Shown one piece after another: positions 26,409-48,553 of a stretch of DNA of 64,000 nucleotides. Each line of letters opens with the position of its first letter. Position 1 is the stretch's first letter. The notes beneath the pieces are model-generated. The model had not been told where the DNA came from. It saw nothing but the letters and a program-made list of their open reading frames with translations, and searched no databases. Made by a program: the position numbers and the translations under genes. The stretch is from Eledone cirrhosa (lineage: Eukaryota), in assembly GCA_964016885.1 (NCBI GenBank), contig OZ024741.1:59334001-59398000 (forward strand). The letters run 5' to 3'.

Positions 26409-29400
26409 ACCTGGAGAGCCTGGGCACGGCAGATCTCTCCCCCATTAATTCTCCTTATCGTGCCTTTTTCATAAAAGATCGAATTTCAAACAAATCGTTT
26501 ATGGTCGACACAGGATCTAGCTGCAGTATTTGGCCCTTCGTTACAGCTGTACCAAGCCAAATTTTTCCGGTATTTCCTTATATGCAGTAAAACGGTCTCC
26601 TATAAAAACTTATGGACAAATATCTCTATCATTGGACCGAGCTTTGCGTCGGGATTTCAAATGGATTTTCGTTGTAGCGAACATACCCCACCCTATTCTT
26701 GGTGCGGATTTTTTACACCACTACTCACTGTTAGTAGATGTCAGGAAACAGAAACTTGTGGATGGCACCACTTCTTTATCTACGCCTGCTCGTGGTTCTA
26801 CTGTTGCCACCACAAGTCCCGCGTGTTTCATAGCTGCCTCTGGAAACCAGCTTCATTCTCTTCTTGCCTCGTTTCCCGAGTTAACTGACATTTCATTTAA
26901 ACTGAACCAAGTAATCCTCTCGACTCGACATTTTATTACAACAACTGCTCCGCCTGTTTTTTCTCGGTCACGCTAAAAAAAGCCAGGGATGAGTTCGATC
27001 ACATGCTTCAGCTTGGTCTCAGACGACCGTCCACCAGCCCATGGGCATCCCCGCTTCATTGGGCTCGTAAGGGTGAAGCAGATTTTAGACCTGTGGGTGA
27101 TTATAGACGACTTAACGCTATCACAAAAGCTGATCGTTATCTTCTACCAAATTTACAGGATTTTTCATCAGCTCTGCATGGATGCAAGATATTTTCTAAA
27201 ATAGATCTGGTACGCGCTTACCATCAAATACCCATGCATCCGGAAGACATACCAAAAACAGCTGTGACCACCCCTTTTGGTTCATTTGAATTCCTATCCA
27301 TGCCTTTTGGTTTGCGGAATGCTTCTAGTACGTTCCAGCGTTTTACCGATGAAGTCATGCGAGGATTGGATTTCGTGTTTGCTTACGTTGATGATCTCCT
27401 GATAGCCAGCGATTCGAATGAACACCATCATCAACATCTATCTCAGTTATTTCAACGTCTCCAATCGTACCAAGTCAGAATCAACCCAGCTAAATGTGTG
27501 TTTGGTGCAGATTCACTGGAATTCTTCGGACACCTTATAGATTCAGAAGGCATTCGTCCTTTGCCAGCTAAAGTATAGGCGATTCAGCAATTAGCACCAC
27601 CAACATCCTTGAAACAATTACGCCATTTCTTGGGATTAATTAACTTTTATCGTCGCTTTATTCCTAACTGTGCGGACAAGTTATTCCTCTTGACACAGTT
27701 TTTAAGGGCTGCAAAAAAGAAAGATGAAAAAATTTCACTTTCTGCCGATGCATTGCAGTCTTTTAAATCCGTCAAGTCTGAGCTAGCTAAAGTTTCCTTC
27801 CTTGCCCATCCTGTTGCAAATGCGAGACTTTCCTTATCTGTTGATGCATCTGATCGTGCTGTTGGCGCAGTTTTGCATCATGTAATCGATCACCAAGTTC
27901 AACCATTGGCATTTTTCTCTCGCCAATTAAAACCAGCAGAACAGAGATACAGCACCTTTCACAGAGAACTTTTGGAGGGGCGGGAGTTCACGATATTCAC
28001 GGACCACAAACCGTTAACGTTCGCTTTACAATCCATTCCGACAAGTACTCTCCGAGAGTGTATAGGCATCTGGATCTCATCTCACAGTATACCAGTGACA
28101 TTCGTCACATAGCTGGAACTTCCAACATACCTGCGGATGCACTATCTCGATTTTCTGTGTGTTCTCTTGCGTCTCCTGCACATATCGATTTAGTTGCCAT
28201 TGCAACTGACCAACCTACTTTGGATTCGCTGGACATTTCCTCTGACCAGTTCTCCTGCTGCAAATTGGAATATTTACCTCTTCCATCTTCTGAAGGGAAA
28301 ATTCTCTGCGATGTTTCTACTGGCTCACCCAGACCACTTGTTCCGGATTTTCATCAGCGCACCGTTTTTGATGCACTTCATTCCTTGTCACATCCTGGCA
28401 TAGCTGCCACGGTGAAGCTTATTACGGCTCGATTCTTCTGGCCTAATATGCGTCGTTTAATCACCGGTTGGGCACGTTCTTGTTTGATGTGTCAGCGCTA
28501 TAAGATTCATCGGCATGTCTGCGCTCCTCTTGGAAAATTCAGCCCGCCAGACGCACGTTTCCGTCATATACGCATGGATATTGTTGGTCCATGGCCCGTT
28601 AGTCGTGGATTCACATACATATTGACTTGTATCGATTGTTTCTCTCGGTGGCCTGAAGCCATACCCCTCATGGACATAACAGCAGAATCCGTTGCCCGAG
28701 CTTTCATTTCCAATTGGATTGCTCGTTTCGGTGTTCCTACTAAAATAACTACTGATCGTGACGCCAATTTGAGGCTTCCTTATTTCGTGAAATATCACGA
28801 CTCTTGGGTGCTCATCACATCCATACGACCAGCTATCACCCAGCCTCCAATGGAATGATCGAGAGGTTTCATAGACAGTTGAAAGCTGCACTTCGAGCTA
28901 CTCCTGATCCACAACGTTGGACTGAATTTTTGCCTATCGTGCTTCTTGGTTGTCGTGCTGCCATTAAGACAGATTTAGGTTTTTCTGCTGAACTTCTTTA
29001 TGGTACCACATTGTCTCTTCCTGGACAAATGTTAGCACCAGTGGATTCATCACATCTTGACCCAGCATCATATGTCACCAGGATTCGTTCGTATTTCTCG
29101 GATCTTCCACCGATGAAACCTCGTGACCAATCTATTTCTTCTGCTGTCCCATCGGACATCTCTACGTGGACACACATTTTCATACAGAATGATTCCGTCA
29201 AGGGACCTCTTACGTCACCTTATAATGGACCTTTTCGTGTGCTTTCGCACACACCCAAACATTTTACAGTGGCTGTCAATGGTCGAAAAGAGACAATATC
29301 CATTGACAGAGCAAAAAAGGCTTTCTCCGAAAGTCTCGTCACACTGGCTGATACACCTCGTACATACACTCCTACACGAACACTTTCACCTCCACCGCAA

Positions 29401-29448
29401 ACACCTTTTGTACCTTTTGTTTCGCTCCTCATGTTCTCGCTACAATGA
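26409..29448 (+). pseudogene. pol: pol: protease, RT, RNase H, integrase; several stops and frameshifts
   Basis: VDTGSS; KIDLVRAYHQIP; MPFGLRNA; YVDD; DAS..TDHKPL; H..HPG..C..C; WPEAIP; [12 protein letters not shown]. Confidence 0.93.
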
Positions 29449-29937
29449 TTTCATTTGGTCATTCGACTTCTCGTCTGAGAAGGGAGTCTTGTAGCGCTCT
29501 CTAGACAAGGAAGTAGCTCGAGTTACTTCTCGTCGAAAGTCTAGAACCCTCTTTGTAACTTCCGGAAAAAGGATATAAATAGCGGCAACGCAGTCAAGCT
29601 CTCTCTCTCTTTTGGCGCCTTCCTTCGAACTGACAACACTGAAGACAAGCATGTTAACTTTTCTCTGACCACCTATCATGGATCTGGATTATACATAATT
29701 ATGTACAAGAATATTTGTTTACAACAATTATAACATGGAACTACAATAAAATGAAGACTTATATTTGATATTCGTTCCGAGAAACTGCTTACGTTTTATC
29801 ATTACCTTTGTAATGGGAATTAACTCTCATTCGACATGGTGTTATGTAAAAATATCTTATCCTTTTCTTTATAAAATGTAGTAGTTAGATTCCGGTGACA
29901 TTTACTCGAGTAAGTAGCCCTGTGTCTGGCAGAACAC

Positions 29938-30000
<63 letters not shown>

Positions 30001-30002
<2 letters not shown>

Positions 30003-31262
30003 TCATCATCATTTTACGTCTGCTTTTCCCTGCTTGCAAGACTGGGACGGGTCTTATTCGTCACAGTCCTTGGTCATCTCCTCCGTGAGCTTCAGCTATC
30101 TGAGATTAGCTCTCACCACCTCCGCTCATGTTTTTTGTGGTCTTCCTCTACTGTGTCTTCCTTCAACTGGGATTTCTTGGCACTTCTTCACCCAGCGGTC
30201 ATCCTCCATGCGTATCACATGTCCATACCAATGCAGTCTTCTCTCCCGTGCACTACAGCCTATCCCTCTTATACACAGTTTCTCTCTCAACTAGTCTGTG
30301 CTTGGTCATACACGCACATTGACATTGCACATCCACCGGAGCATGCTTGCTTCATTTCTCTCCAGCCGTCGCATATCCTCCACAGTTGCTGCCCATGTCT
30401 CACTACCATGCAGCATCGCACATCTCACACAGGCATCATATAACCAGCCTTTCGATTGCAGAGAGAAACCCTTCTTTGTCAACAGGGGAAGCAGCTCCCT
30501 AAACTTCTTCCAACCCATCGTTATTATAGATACTAAGGCCTTGGAGCACCCTCCTCCCTTGCGAATCTGATCACCTAAGTATCGGAAGCTATCAACCACC
30601 GCTATAGATCCTACTTGTATTTGAAAAATGTTTCTATCACTGCGATTTCTACTGTTAAATTTCCCTGTACATTTAATGCATATGTAGTTTTCCCTACCTG
30701 TTAGTTTGCCTGCTATCCCACTACATCTCTTGTGTACCCAAAATCTGCATTGTGTACATTTTATAGAATTTATGCCAACTCCTTTTCTACATATCCAACA
30801 TGGCCATTTGCCTGATGGGATCAGATTTTTGTACTCTTTTCTACTTATCAACACTTTCGTCTAAGCTAGGTTTACTCTCAGTCCTCTTGACTCCAACTGT
30901 TGTTTCCATAGCCAGAATTTATTCTCTCGCTCCTCTACTGATTCTGCTATAAGCACCAGATCATCAGCATGGAGAAGTTCCCATGGGTAGCCAGTCTTAA
31001 ACTCCTCTGTTAGGGCTTGGACGACTATAATGAACAAGAGAGGGCTGAGGACCAAACACTGATGTACTCCTACTTGTATCTGGAATTCCTCATTAAACTC
31101 CATTCCTACTTTCACTTTACTGACAGCACCCCTGTATATAGTTTGCACTGTCCTCACAAGCAATTCATCTATACCTAGTTTTCTTAGGGACCACCAGATG
31201 ACAAATCTGGGTACTCTATAAAAGGCCTTCTCTAGGTCAATAAAAGCTAAGTATAGTGGCTA
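30001..31262 (-). mobile_element. RTE-clade LINE, 5'-truncated, with PHD-like finger
   Basis: VGVHQ..LSPLLF, LLHADDLVL, FRYLG, MLHGSETW; (GAT)n tail at 30001-30012. Confidence 0.9.
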
Positions 31263-37518
<6,256 letters not shown>

Positions 37519-37562
37519 TAATTAACAACAAAGAACGCTTAGAGCATAGGTATATCTTTACT

Positions 37563-37608
37563 TGTTGACAGTGTTTCGTCCACACTATAAGTGGGACTCA
37601 TCAGAGCA
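37563..37608 (-). ncRNA. Minimal type I hammerhead ribozyme
   Basis: tgct CTGATGA gtcc cac ttata gtg t ggac GAAA cactg TC aaca (one stem I mismatch). Confidence 0.8.
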
Positions 37609-39594
37609 TAAAGAGTGATTACATATTACACAAGCAATAACAAATCCAAGACATTGAATAAATAAAAAATAAACATTGAAAAATAAGCATTGAAAAATAA
37701 GAAGTGCTAACAGTCACAGTTGGGCAGGGTACTGTTAACATACAGTTGCATACAAGCATACGCATAAGCATGAGCACCCGCATGCAACCACACAACAGGC
37801 AGCCATATGCAACACATATAGTATAGACTAATACAAATAACCAATACAATAACATATAGACTAATACAAATAACTAATACAATAACATATCATGGACGAG
37901 TATGCAAAAGCTAAGAGATGAATGGTGGATATACAATGGGTAAAAATACAATGGGTAAAAGTAAGATAAACAAAGGATAGAAATAGATTAACCATAGATA
38001 AAAAATAGATTAACCATAGATAAAAAATAGATTAACCAAGGATAAGAGAAAGAGAATAGATAAGGAATAGACAAGAATAGATAAGATAGATAGGAGTAGA
38101 TAAAAATAGATAAAAAATAGATAAAAAATAGATAAAAAATAGATAAAAAATAGATATTTTTTATCTATTTTTTATGCCCCTTTGCATCCTCCATATATTT
38201 CTTCATTTCTGTCCCTTTTAGCCTACCTTAATTCTGCTTAAGTCAGTTTTTTAGATATCGTTATGTATATGATAGTAAAAAATTTTCATTCCTTTTTGTA
38301 AACATTTGTAACGAAATATTAACATTTATAAAATTTAATGACTTAAACTATAGCTAATATTATACTGCCTTATTGGATAGTTTAAATATTTTTAATATTA
38401 ATTTATCAAATAGGGTTTTTGAGTCATTTACAGGGGTTGTTTCCTTAGTTTTTACTTAACTACTTAACTGCATGTGAGACCTAAACGTATACGTTTGTTT
38501 GTTTTTTTTAATTTCCGGTTGATTCCATTTATTTATTTATTTATTTTATTCTATATTTTATATTTTATATTTTATTTGTAATACTACTGTGCATTATATT
38601 TACTGTCTGGCACTTACTCACTCATCCATATACATGTCTGTCTACCAACCTTGTAATTATAAGTAATTATATATTATATTATGTTAATTTATTTTATATA
38701 ATATATTATATTATATTGTATTTTTTATTGTAATATTGATCCTTATTACTTACCGTTAATTATATGTAACATTATGATATGTTAAACTTTATATATCATG
38801 TAAGATGTTTGTACTTTTGTACCATCAAAATATTTTTTTGGGGTATTGTACAATTTATTTTTTCCTCACCTACTCTGTAACCCAGTATGAATTGATTTGT
38901 TAACTTGAGCACCATTATATATTGTTTATTATAAATGTTAGTATATTGTATATTATAAATGTTATTATATTATTATTATATTATTATTGTGACATCTATA
39001 TTGTTTGTGTAAACTAACCGGAGATTATCTATTCTATTATATTGTATTATATAGTATATAATTGTATTATTTATTATATGTGCTACTTATAATTATATCA
39101 TATTATTACCTCATGTATATTGGGTTGATGTATTAGTAGTATTATTATTATTATTTTCATTCCTATCATGCTTATTTTTATATTCAAACTCTTGATAAGG
39201 TTTAATTTGTGCAGTTCAAGATGGATGTGTGTATTGTTGTATGTGTATGTGTGTGTACGTGTGCGCACATATATACATATGCTTATTGTACCTTTTGATT
39301 TTTATTGTAATTTTAATGTTGGTAAAGGTATATTATATTATATTATATTATATTACATTGTATTATATATAATTTCCTGCTCTATATAACCACCTTTGTT
39401 TAGCTCTAGGCTTTTTTTGCTTTGGACTATTTTTGTAATATGGTTCCTAATGTTATATACATCCTTAGTAATTTTTATTATATATTTTTATTATTTTTAT
39501 TATATATTTTTGCAATACTTTAGTGTATGTACACTCCATATTCTTCGGAGCTTCCGGCTTGTATCTGCCGATATTACTTCTTGTTGTTTTAATT

Positions 39595-39632
39595 GCCCTG
39601 ATGAGTCCTTAATAGGACGAAACATTGTCGGC
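39595..39632 (+). ncRNA. Canonical minimal type I hammerhead ribozyme
   Basis: gcc CTGATGA gtcct taat aggac GAAA cattg TC ggc. Confidence 0.9.
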
Positions 39633-39779
39633 TAATAAAGACTTTTGATGTATTGAAGGCTTCTTTGTTTTACTCTCTTAATTTTTCGGCTCTGTTTAAC
39701 TACATTGAGCTATACCTTTTGCTGTCATTTCTATAATACGAAGAGGGTGTTTAACTCCAACACGCTCCAGTATTTTAAC

Positions 39780-39783
<4 letters not shown>

Positions 39784-39834
<51 letters not shown>

Positions 39835-39902
39835 CATATATATATACACATATATATATATATATACACATATATATATATACATATATATATACACATA
39901 TA

Positions 39903-39938
<36 letters not shown>

Positions 39939-40011
39939 CATATATATATACATATATATACATATATATATATATACATATATATATACATATATATATA
40001 TATACATATAC

Positions 40012-40082
<71 letters not shown>

Positions 40083-40105
40083 CATATATATAAACATATA
40101 TATAC

Positions 40106-40138
<33 letters not shown>

Positions 40139-40166
40139 CAATATATAAACATATATATACATATAC

Positions 40167-40204
<38 letters not shown>

Positions 40205-40237
40205 ATATAAACATATATATATATATATATATACACA

Positions 40238-40293
<56 letters not shown>

Positions 40294-40398
40294 CATAAAT
40301 ATATATACATATATATATATATATATACATAAATATATATACATATATATATATATATACATAAATATATATACATATATATATATATATATACATAA

Positions 40399-40452
<54 letters not shown>

Positions 40453-40479
40453 TTAATATATATACATATATATATATAC

Positions 40480-40528
<49 letters not shown>

Positions 40529-40529
40529 C

Positions 40530-40582
<53 letters not shown>

Positions 40583-40583
40583 C

Positions 40584-40645
<62 letters not shown>
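39784..40645. repeat. Interrupted (TA)n array
   Basis: Low complexity. Confidence 0.95.
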
Positions 40646-41595
40646 ATTATTAAAAAAATAATGAATAAACAAAGAAACAGTTCCTTATATTAAAAAAAAT
40701 TTCATTATTTTAAAATCGTTTCTAGGATATATATGTGTTAGAGTTGGTATGCATATTCTATAGATCTATGTACAATATTTATACAAACTATCAGAGGGAA
40801 TATACATACCTACACATACTTGTTTATTGATAAGAACAAAGATTCAATACAATAGGTCTGTTTGGGAACAGGTTTTGAATTGACCAATCAGGAGATAGTG
40901 AGGGTCAAGATAGTGATATAGAATTAGTAGAACCTTAAATTATGGGTAGAGGAAGGTAGATTTCAGTTTTGGATGGAAAAGAGTATTATGAATGAAGGAT
41001 TACTTTAGGGAAGAAGTAGGTCATATGTTGACCTCAGAAATTATTTTATTTGTTCATTGAATAAAACCAAACAAAGATCCAATATAATAATGGATTACTT
41101 TAGGGAAGAAGTAGGTCATATGTTGACCTCAGAAATAATTTTATTTGTTCATTGAAAAAAACCAACAAAGATCAAATATATTCTGTCTGTTTGGTAAGAG
41201 GTTTAGAATTAACCAATAGAAGGTTTATAATTGGCCAAATGGTAAAATAGTAGTAACTGAAACTTATTTTAGGGGTGAAACTAGGTCAGGTGGTCAGTAG
41301 AAGGTATACAAGCAGTTGCTGTTATAAAATAGTAATGCCAATACAAATATCTAAGGTGACCAGAGTTTTAAGATAAGGATGTTAGTGAAAAAAATACATC
41401 TATGAAAAGGATATAAAATTAATTAAATTGATGGGTATATTTATATTGATAAAATTATACTAATACATATAGATATGATAAATAAGAGTTAGATGCAGTT
41501 GAAAAGTGCTGTTAAGGATGAGGGGAGATTAAAAGAATATAAAAATGATATATATATATATATACATATATATACCTACATATATATACATACAT

Positions 41596-41650
<55 letters not shown>

Positions 41651-41679
41651 CATACACATACACACACAAATATATATCC

Positions 41680-41714
<35 letters not shown>

Positions 41715-41746
41715 GACATGTACATATACATACACACACACACACA

Positions 41747-41802
<56 letters not shown>

Positions 41803-41855
41803 GACATGTACATATACATACACACACACAGACATATATATATACACACACACAT

Positions 41856-41898
<43 letters not shown>

Positions 41899-42064
41899 TA
41901 CATTCACATACATACACACATACATACATACACACTTATATACACACACATCCACACTTACATATACATATATTTATTGGGGGGGGGGGGATTAAATTTA
42001 TTAGTGGGAAATAGTAAATATATATAGGTTTCAAGGAACATAGAGTCATAACCTGAAGTTAAAG

Positions 42065-43000
42065 CATTATACATGTTTACTTAATGGTATCAGTTTTAGG
42101 AAATGATATTTGTAAGAAGGAAAGCCAAATTATGTAGTTCATCATTAGTAGAATATTAATTATAGGTTAACTAAAATAAAAATAAAAATAGTTTATATAT
42201 TAATTTCTAAGGTGTATATTAATTAGGTTTATAATATTTAAAGCAGAATTATGTAGTTCATCAGTAGTAGAATATTAATTATAGGTTAACTAAATTAAAA
42301 ATGATTACATATGTTTACTTAATGGTATCAGTTTTAGGAAATGATATTTGTAAGAAGGAAAGCCAAATTATGTAGTTCATCAGTAGTAGAATATTAATTA
42401 TAGGTTAACTAAATTAAAAATAGTTTATATATTAATTTCTAAAGTGTATATTAATTAGGTTTTTAATATTTAAAGCAGAATTTTGTAATTCATCTGTAGT
42501 AGAATATTAATTATAGGTTAACTAAATTAAAATTAATTTATATATTAATTTCTAAATTTTTACTAATTATTCCAATATCAGATTTGGAAGGGCATATAAG
42601 TCTTATAGAAGGATTAGAGTTAAAGTTAGATTTATGATCTTTCAGGTTGAAGTGTGGTCTTTTCATTGCCAAAGGTTCAGTTCTATCTTCAATATTAAGT
42701 CTATTCACTATACTGTGTGTTTTGTTGTTGATGTTGGTAAGTGACGCGTTATTTGTTTTTCTATCATTTTTCCTGAGTTCTTTATATATGAACTCATTGT
42801 AATTTTCAATATCCATGTGATATAGGTTTCCAGTTTTGTCCGAGTGGACATGGATTTTTTTAGATTTTTTTAGGTCCAATAGGGTAGAATCAAGGTCCTT
42901 TTGAAAATTAAATTTATACCTCTTAAATTTGAGGTGTTTGATTAAATTTAAAAAGGTCTTTCTCAAAGTTTTCAAGTAAAGAGTTGTGTGGTGGATTGTT
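42065..43000 (-). mobile_element. Penelope RT N-terminal fragment ending in tandem duplications
   Basis: SDKTGNLY..LKDHKSNFNSNPSIRLICPSKSDIGIISK; 42070-42297 is duplicated at 42308-42535. Confidence 0.8.
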
Positions 43001-43063
43001 ATATGTAGTGAAATCATACAGATACTTCCTATCTATACATTTTGATTTTTTATCGAAGTGGTA

Positions 43064-43117
<54 letters not shown>

Positions 43118-43121
<4 letters not shown>

Positions 43122-43237
43122 GGCGTGTGGCTGAGTGGTTAGAGAATTGTATTCGCAATCGTAAGGTTGTGAGTTCGATTCCTGGACCCCGCGATGCGTT
43201 ATGTCCTTGAGCAAGACACTTTATTTCACGTTGCTCC
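43118..43237 (+). mobile_element. SINE (family B) tRNA head
   Basis: GGCGTGTGGCTGAGTGGTTAGAG A-box; GAGTTCGATTCC B-box. Confidence 0.8.
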
Positions 43238-43340
43238 TTCTACCTGGAGTTACGACCGATAGATAGTATTAGCAATTGGAAAGACCAACGGAAACATTGT
43301 TCCCACGGTCCGATTTGACAAAAAAAGTCGATCGTTCCCG

Positions 43341-45036
<1,696 letters not shown>

Positions 45037-45098
45037 ATAAATGTAAGTATGTATGTATACGTACATACATATATGTATACAGACGTACAGTAGCATGC

Positions 45099-45129
<31 letters not shown>

Positions 45130-45714
45130 CAGGTACACATACATATATGCACGCATCAGTTTAGCGGACGCTTATTATAACGCCGCTTTGTTCGTTTGTA
45201 AACAAACTGAACAGCCTGAATTTATGCCATACGGTGTTAAGGCAACCACGTGACCCTTTTGTTCAACACTGACACAGGAACGATGTGCTAGTTTCAAGCT
45301 TGTTAGCTATCATCAGCACCGTATACCCACCTGCCAGATAGCTGAACGTTCGAAAGTATATACTTTCCTTATGAAAATTAACGGCTGAGCAGCCTAATTT
45401 GCATATTGAGTGAGTTAAATCAGTCAGGCATATGCAAATTAGGCTGCTCAGCCGTTAATTTTCATAAGGAAAGTATATACTTTCGAACGTTCAACTATCT
45501 GGCAGACGGGTATACGGTGCTGATGATAGCTAACAAGCTTGGAACTAGTACATCGTTCCTGTGTCAGTGTTGAACAAAAAGGTCACGTGGTTGCCTTAAC
45601 ACCGTATGGCATAAATTCAGGCTGTTCAGTTTGTTTACAAACGAACAAAGCGGCGTTATAATAAGCGTCCGCTAAACTGATGCGTGCATATATGTATGTG
45701 TACCTGTATGTATA

Positions 45715-45792
<78 letters not shown>

Positions 45793-46225
45793 TGCTACTG
45801 TACGTCTGTATACATATATGTATGTATACATACATACTTACATTTAAGTAAGTGCCATACTAAGAGTGAGAAATGAAATTTCGTTTTCATTTTATTTCAA
45901 CTTATCGTTTTCGGTATGCCTGACCGATTTAACTCACTCAATATGCAAATTAGGCTGCTCAGCCGTTAATTTTCATAAGGAAAGTATATACTTTCGAAGG
46001 TTCAACTATCTGGCAGATGGGTATACGGTGCTGATGATAGCTAACAAGCTTGAAACTAGTACATCGTTCCTGTGTCAGTGTTGAACAAAAAGGTCACGTG
46101 GTTGCCTTGACACCGTATGGCATAAATTCAGGCTGTTCAGTTTGTTTACAAACGAACAAAGCGGCGTTATAATAAGCGTCCGTTAAACTGATGCGTGCAT
46201 ATATGTATGTGTACCTGTATGTATA

Positions 46226-46283
<58 letters not shown>

Positions 46284-46398
46284 TGCTACTGTACGTCTGT
46301 ATACATATATGTATGTACGTATACATACATACTTACATTTAAGTAAGTGCCATATAAGAGTGAGAAATGAAATTTCGTTTTCATTTTATTTCAACTTA
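45037..46398 (+). mobile_element. Retrozyme-like tandem HHR repeat (~511-bp unit) with 5' inversion
   Basis: Inverted partial copy 45037-45430, direct copies 45431-45903 and 45904-46398; HHRs at 45280-45322 (-), 45514-45556 (+) and 46025-46067 (+). Confidence 0.85.
46025..46067 (+). ncRNA. Minimal type I hammerhead ribozyme (core intact)
   Basis: acggtg CTGATGA t agct aaca agct t GAAA ctag TA catcgt. Confidence 0.85.
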
Positions 46399-47530
<1,132 letters not shown>

Positions 47531-47789
47531 TAAGACAGGGGGGAAGAAAAAAATGGCTTCACTTGTGCTTTCAACAAATTTATTTTCTTCACAAAATCCA
47601 AAAAGAATTTTTTTCCGGATTAGAAAAAAAAATTTTTCTTAAAAAAAATTATTTTATAAATTAAGTTGTTGGTTGTTGGTTAGGTCTTAGGAGTTCTTGG
47701 TTAACGTAGGAGGTATTGTTTCGTTTTTAGAACGACCTTTCACGATGAGGTGCGCTTGTCAAACTGATGTGTATGTGGTGTGTTGTTCT

Positions 47790-48553
47790 ATTTATAGGGA
47801 TTTAACATGTCATGTCTGTGGCTGCTCCCTCATTTTCGGTGTAGGTCTTCTCTTCGAACTTGAATATGTGGCCCGTTAGGGTAGTTTCGATACTAGCCCC
47901 TATTGCATGTGCGACCATTTTTCTTACCTGATCATTGTTTTGGGGGGTCCGTATAGCTTTGGTCCACCCAATCCACCTTCCCATGGAAGTCTTTTTTGCC
48001 ATTGAGGTTATGGTGGGGGGTCTACCTCTTATGGGTCTGCTAGGGCAGAAACGTCTAAGGTCATGGCTGTCTAGGTAGTCAGTGTCGTAGGTAAGTCTAA
48101 GTAGGAGGCCCAGTTCGTCTGTGTCGACGTCGCAGAACTCCACCTCACTCTCAATGATCATCTCCACACATTTTTCCACAGCAAAATCAATGTTAATGGA
48201 TGGGTACAGTGATACCACATCCATGCTGCCTATTATGCAGTTGGATACCTTCCTGTTTTTGTTGCACTCACTGATTCTGCTGAGGAGGTCCTCTGTACTG
48301 TCACATACATCTGGGGACATCTTGATTATGGGCGTATAACCATTGAGAGGAAGTAGGAGATCCTGTAGTTGCTAGCTATATTAGCTCCGCATACGGGTCT
48401 TGTTGGTGGTCCTGTTGTCGGGTCGTCGACTGTCTTGTGGTCTTTGCGGAGCCCATACAAGGGTGGTATGCCATTGTTAGACGCCTGGAAGTTGTTGGCA
48501 GTGCGTCTGCTTGGATTTAGGATGTCAGTCCACATCATCATGTTCCTCCCAAG
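47790..48553 (-). mobile_element. Penelope-like RT fragment (GC-richer family)
   Basis: PPLYGLRKDHK..PTRPVCG; IGSMDVVSLYPSI; FKFEEKTYTENEGAAT. Confidence 0.85.

Larger units (their letters stand above)
24493..29941 (+). mobile_element. Ty3/Gypsy LTR retrotransposon, CsRn1-like, decayed, with an extra 5' partial unit
   Basis: LTRs 24886-25337 and 29490-29941; PBS TGGTGACCCGACGT (tRNA-Trp-like) at 25339; PPT GAGAAGGGAG; inserted in (TA)n. Confidence 0.95.

Noticed and set aside
41018-41180. ~75-bp tandem duplication (similar ~60-bp one at 50925-51035)
   Set aside because: Ordinary local slippage duplications with no further structure.
43118-43195. tRNA gene
   Set aside because: A and B boxes continue into a SINE core; no proper acceptor stem or terminator.
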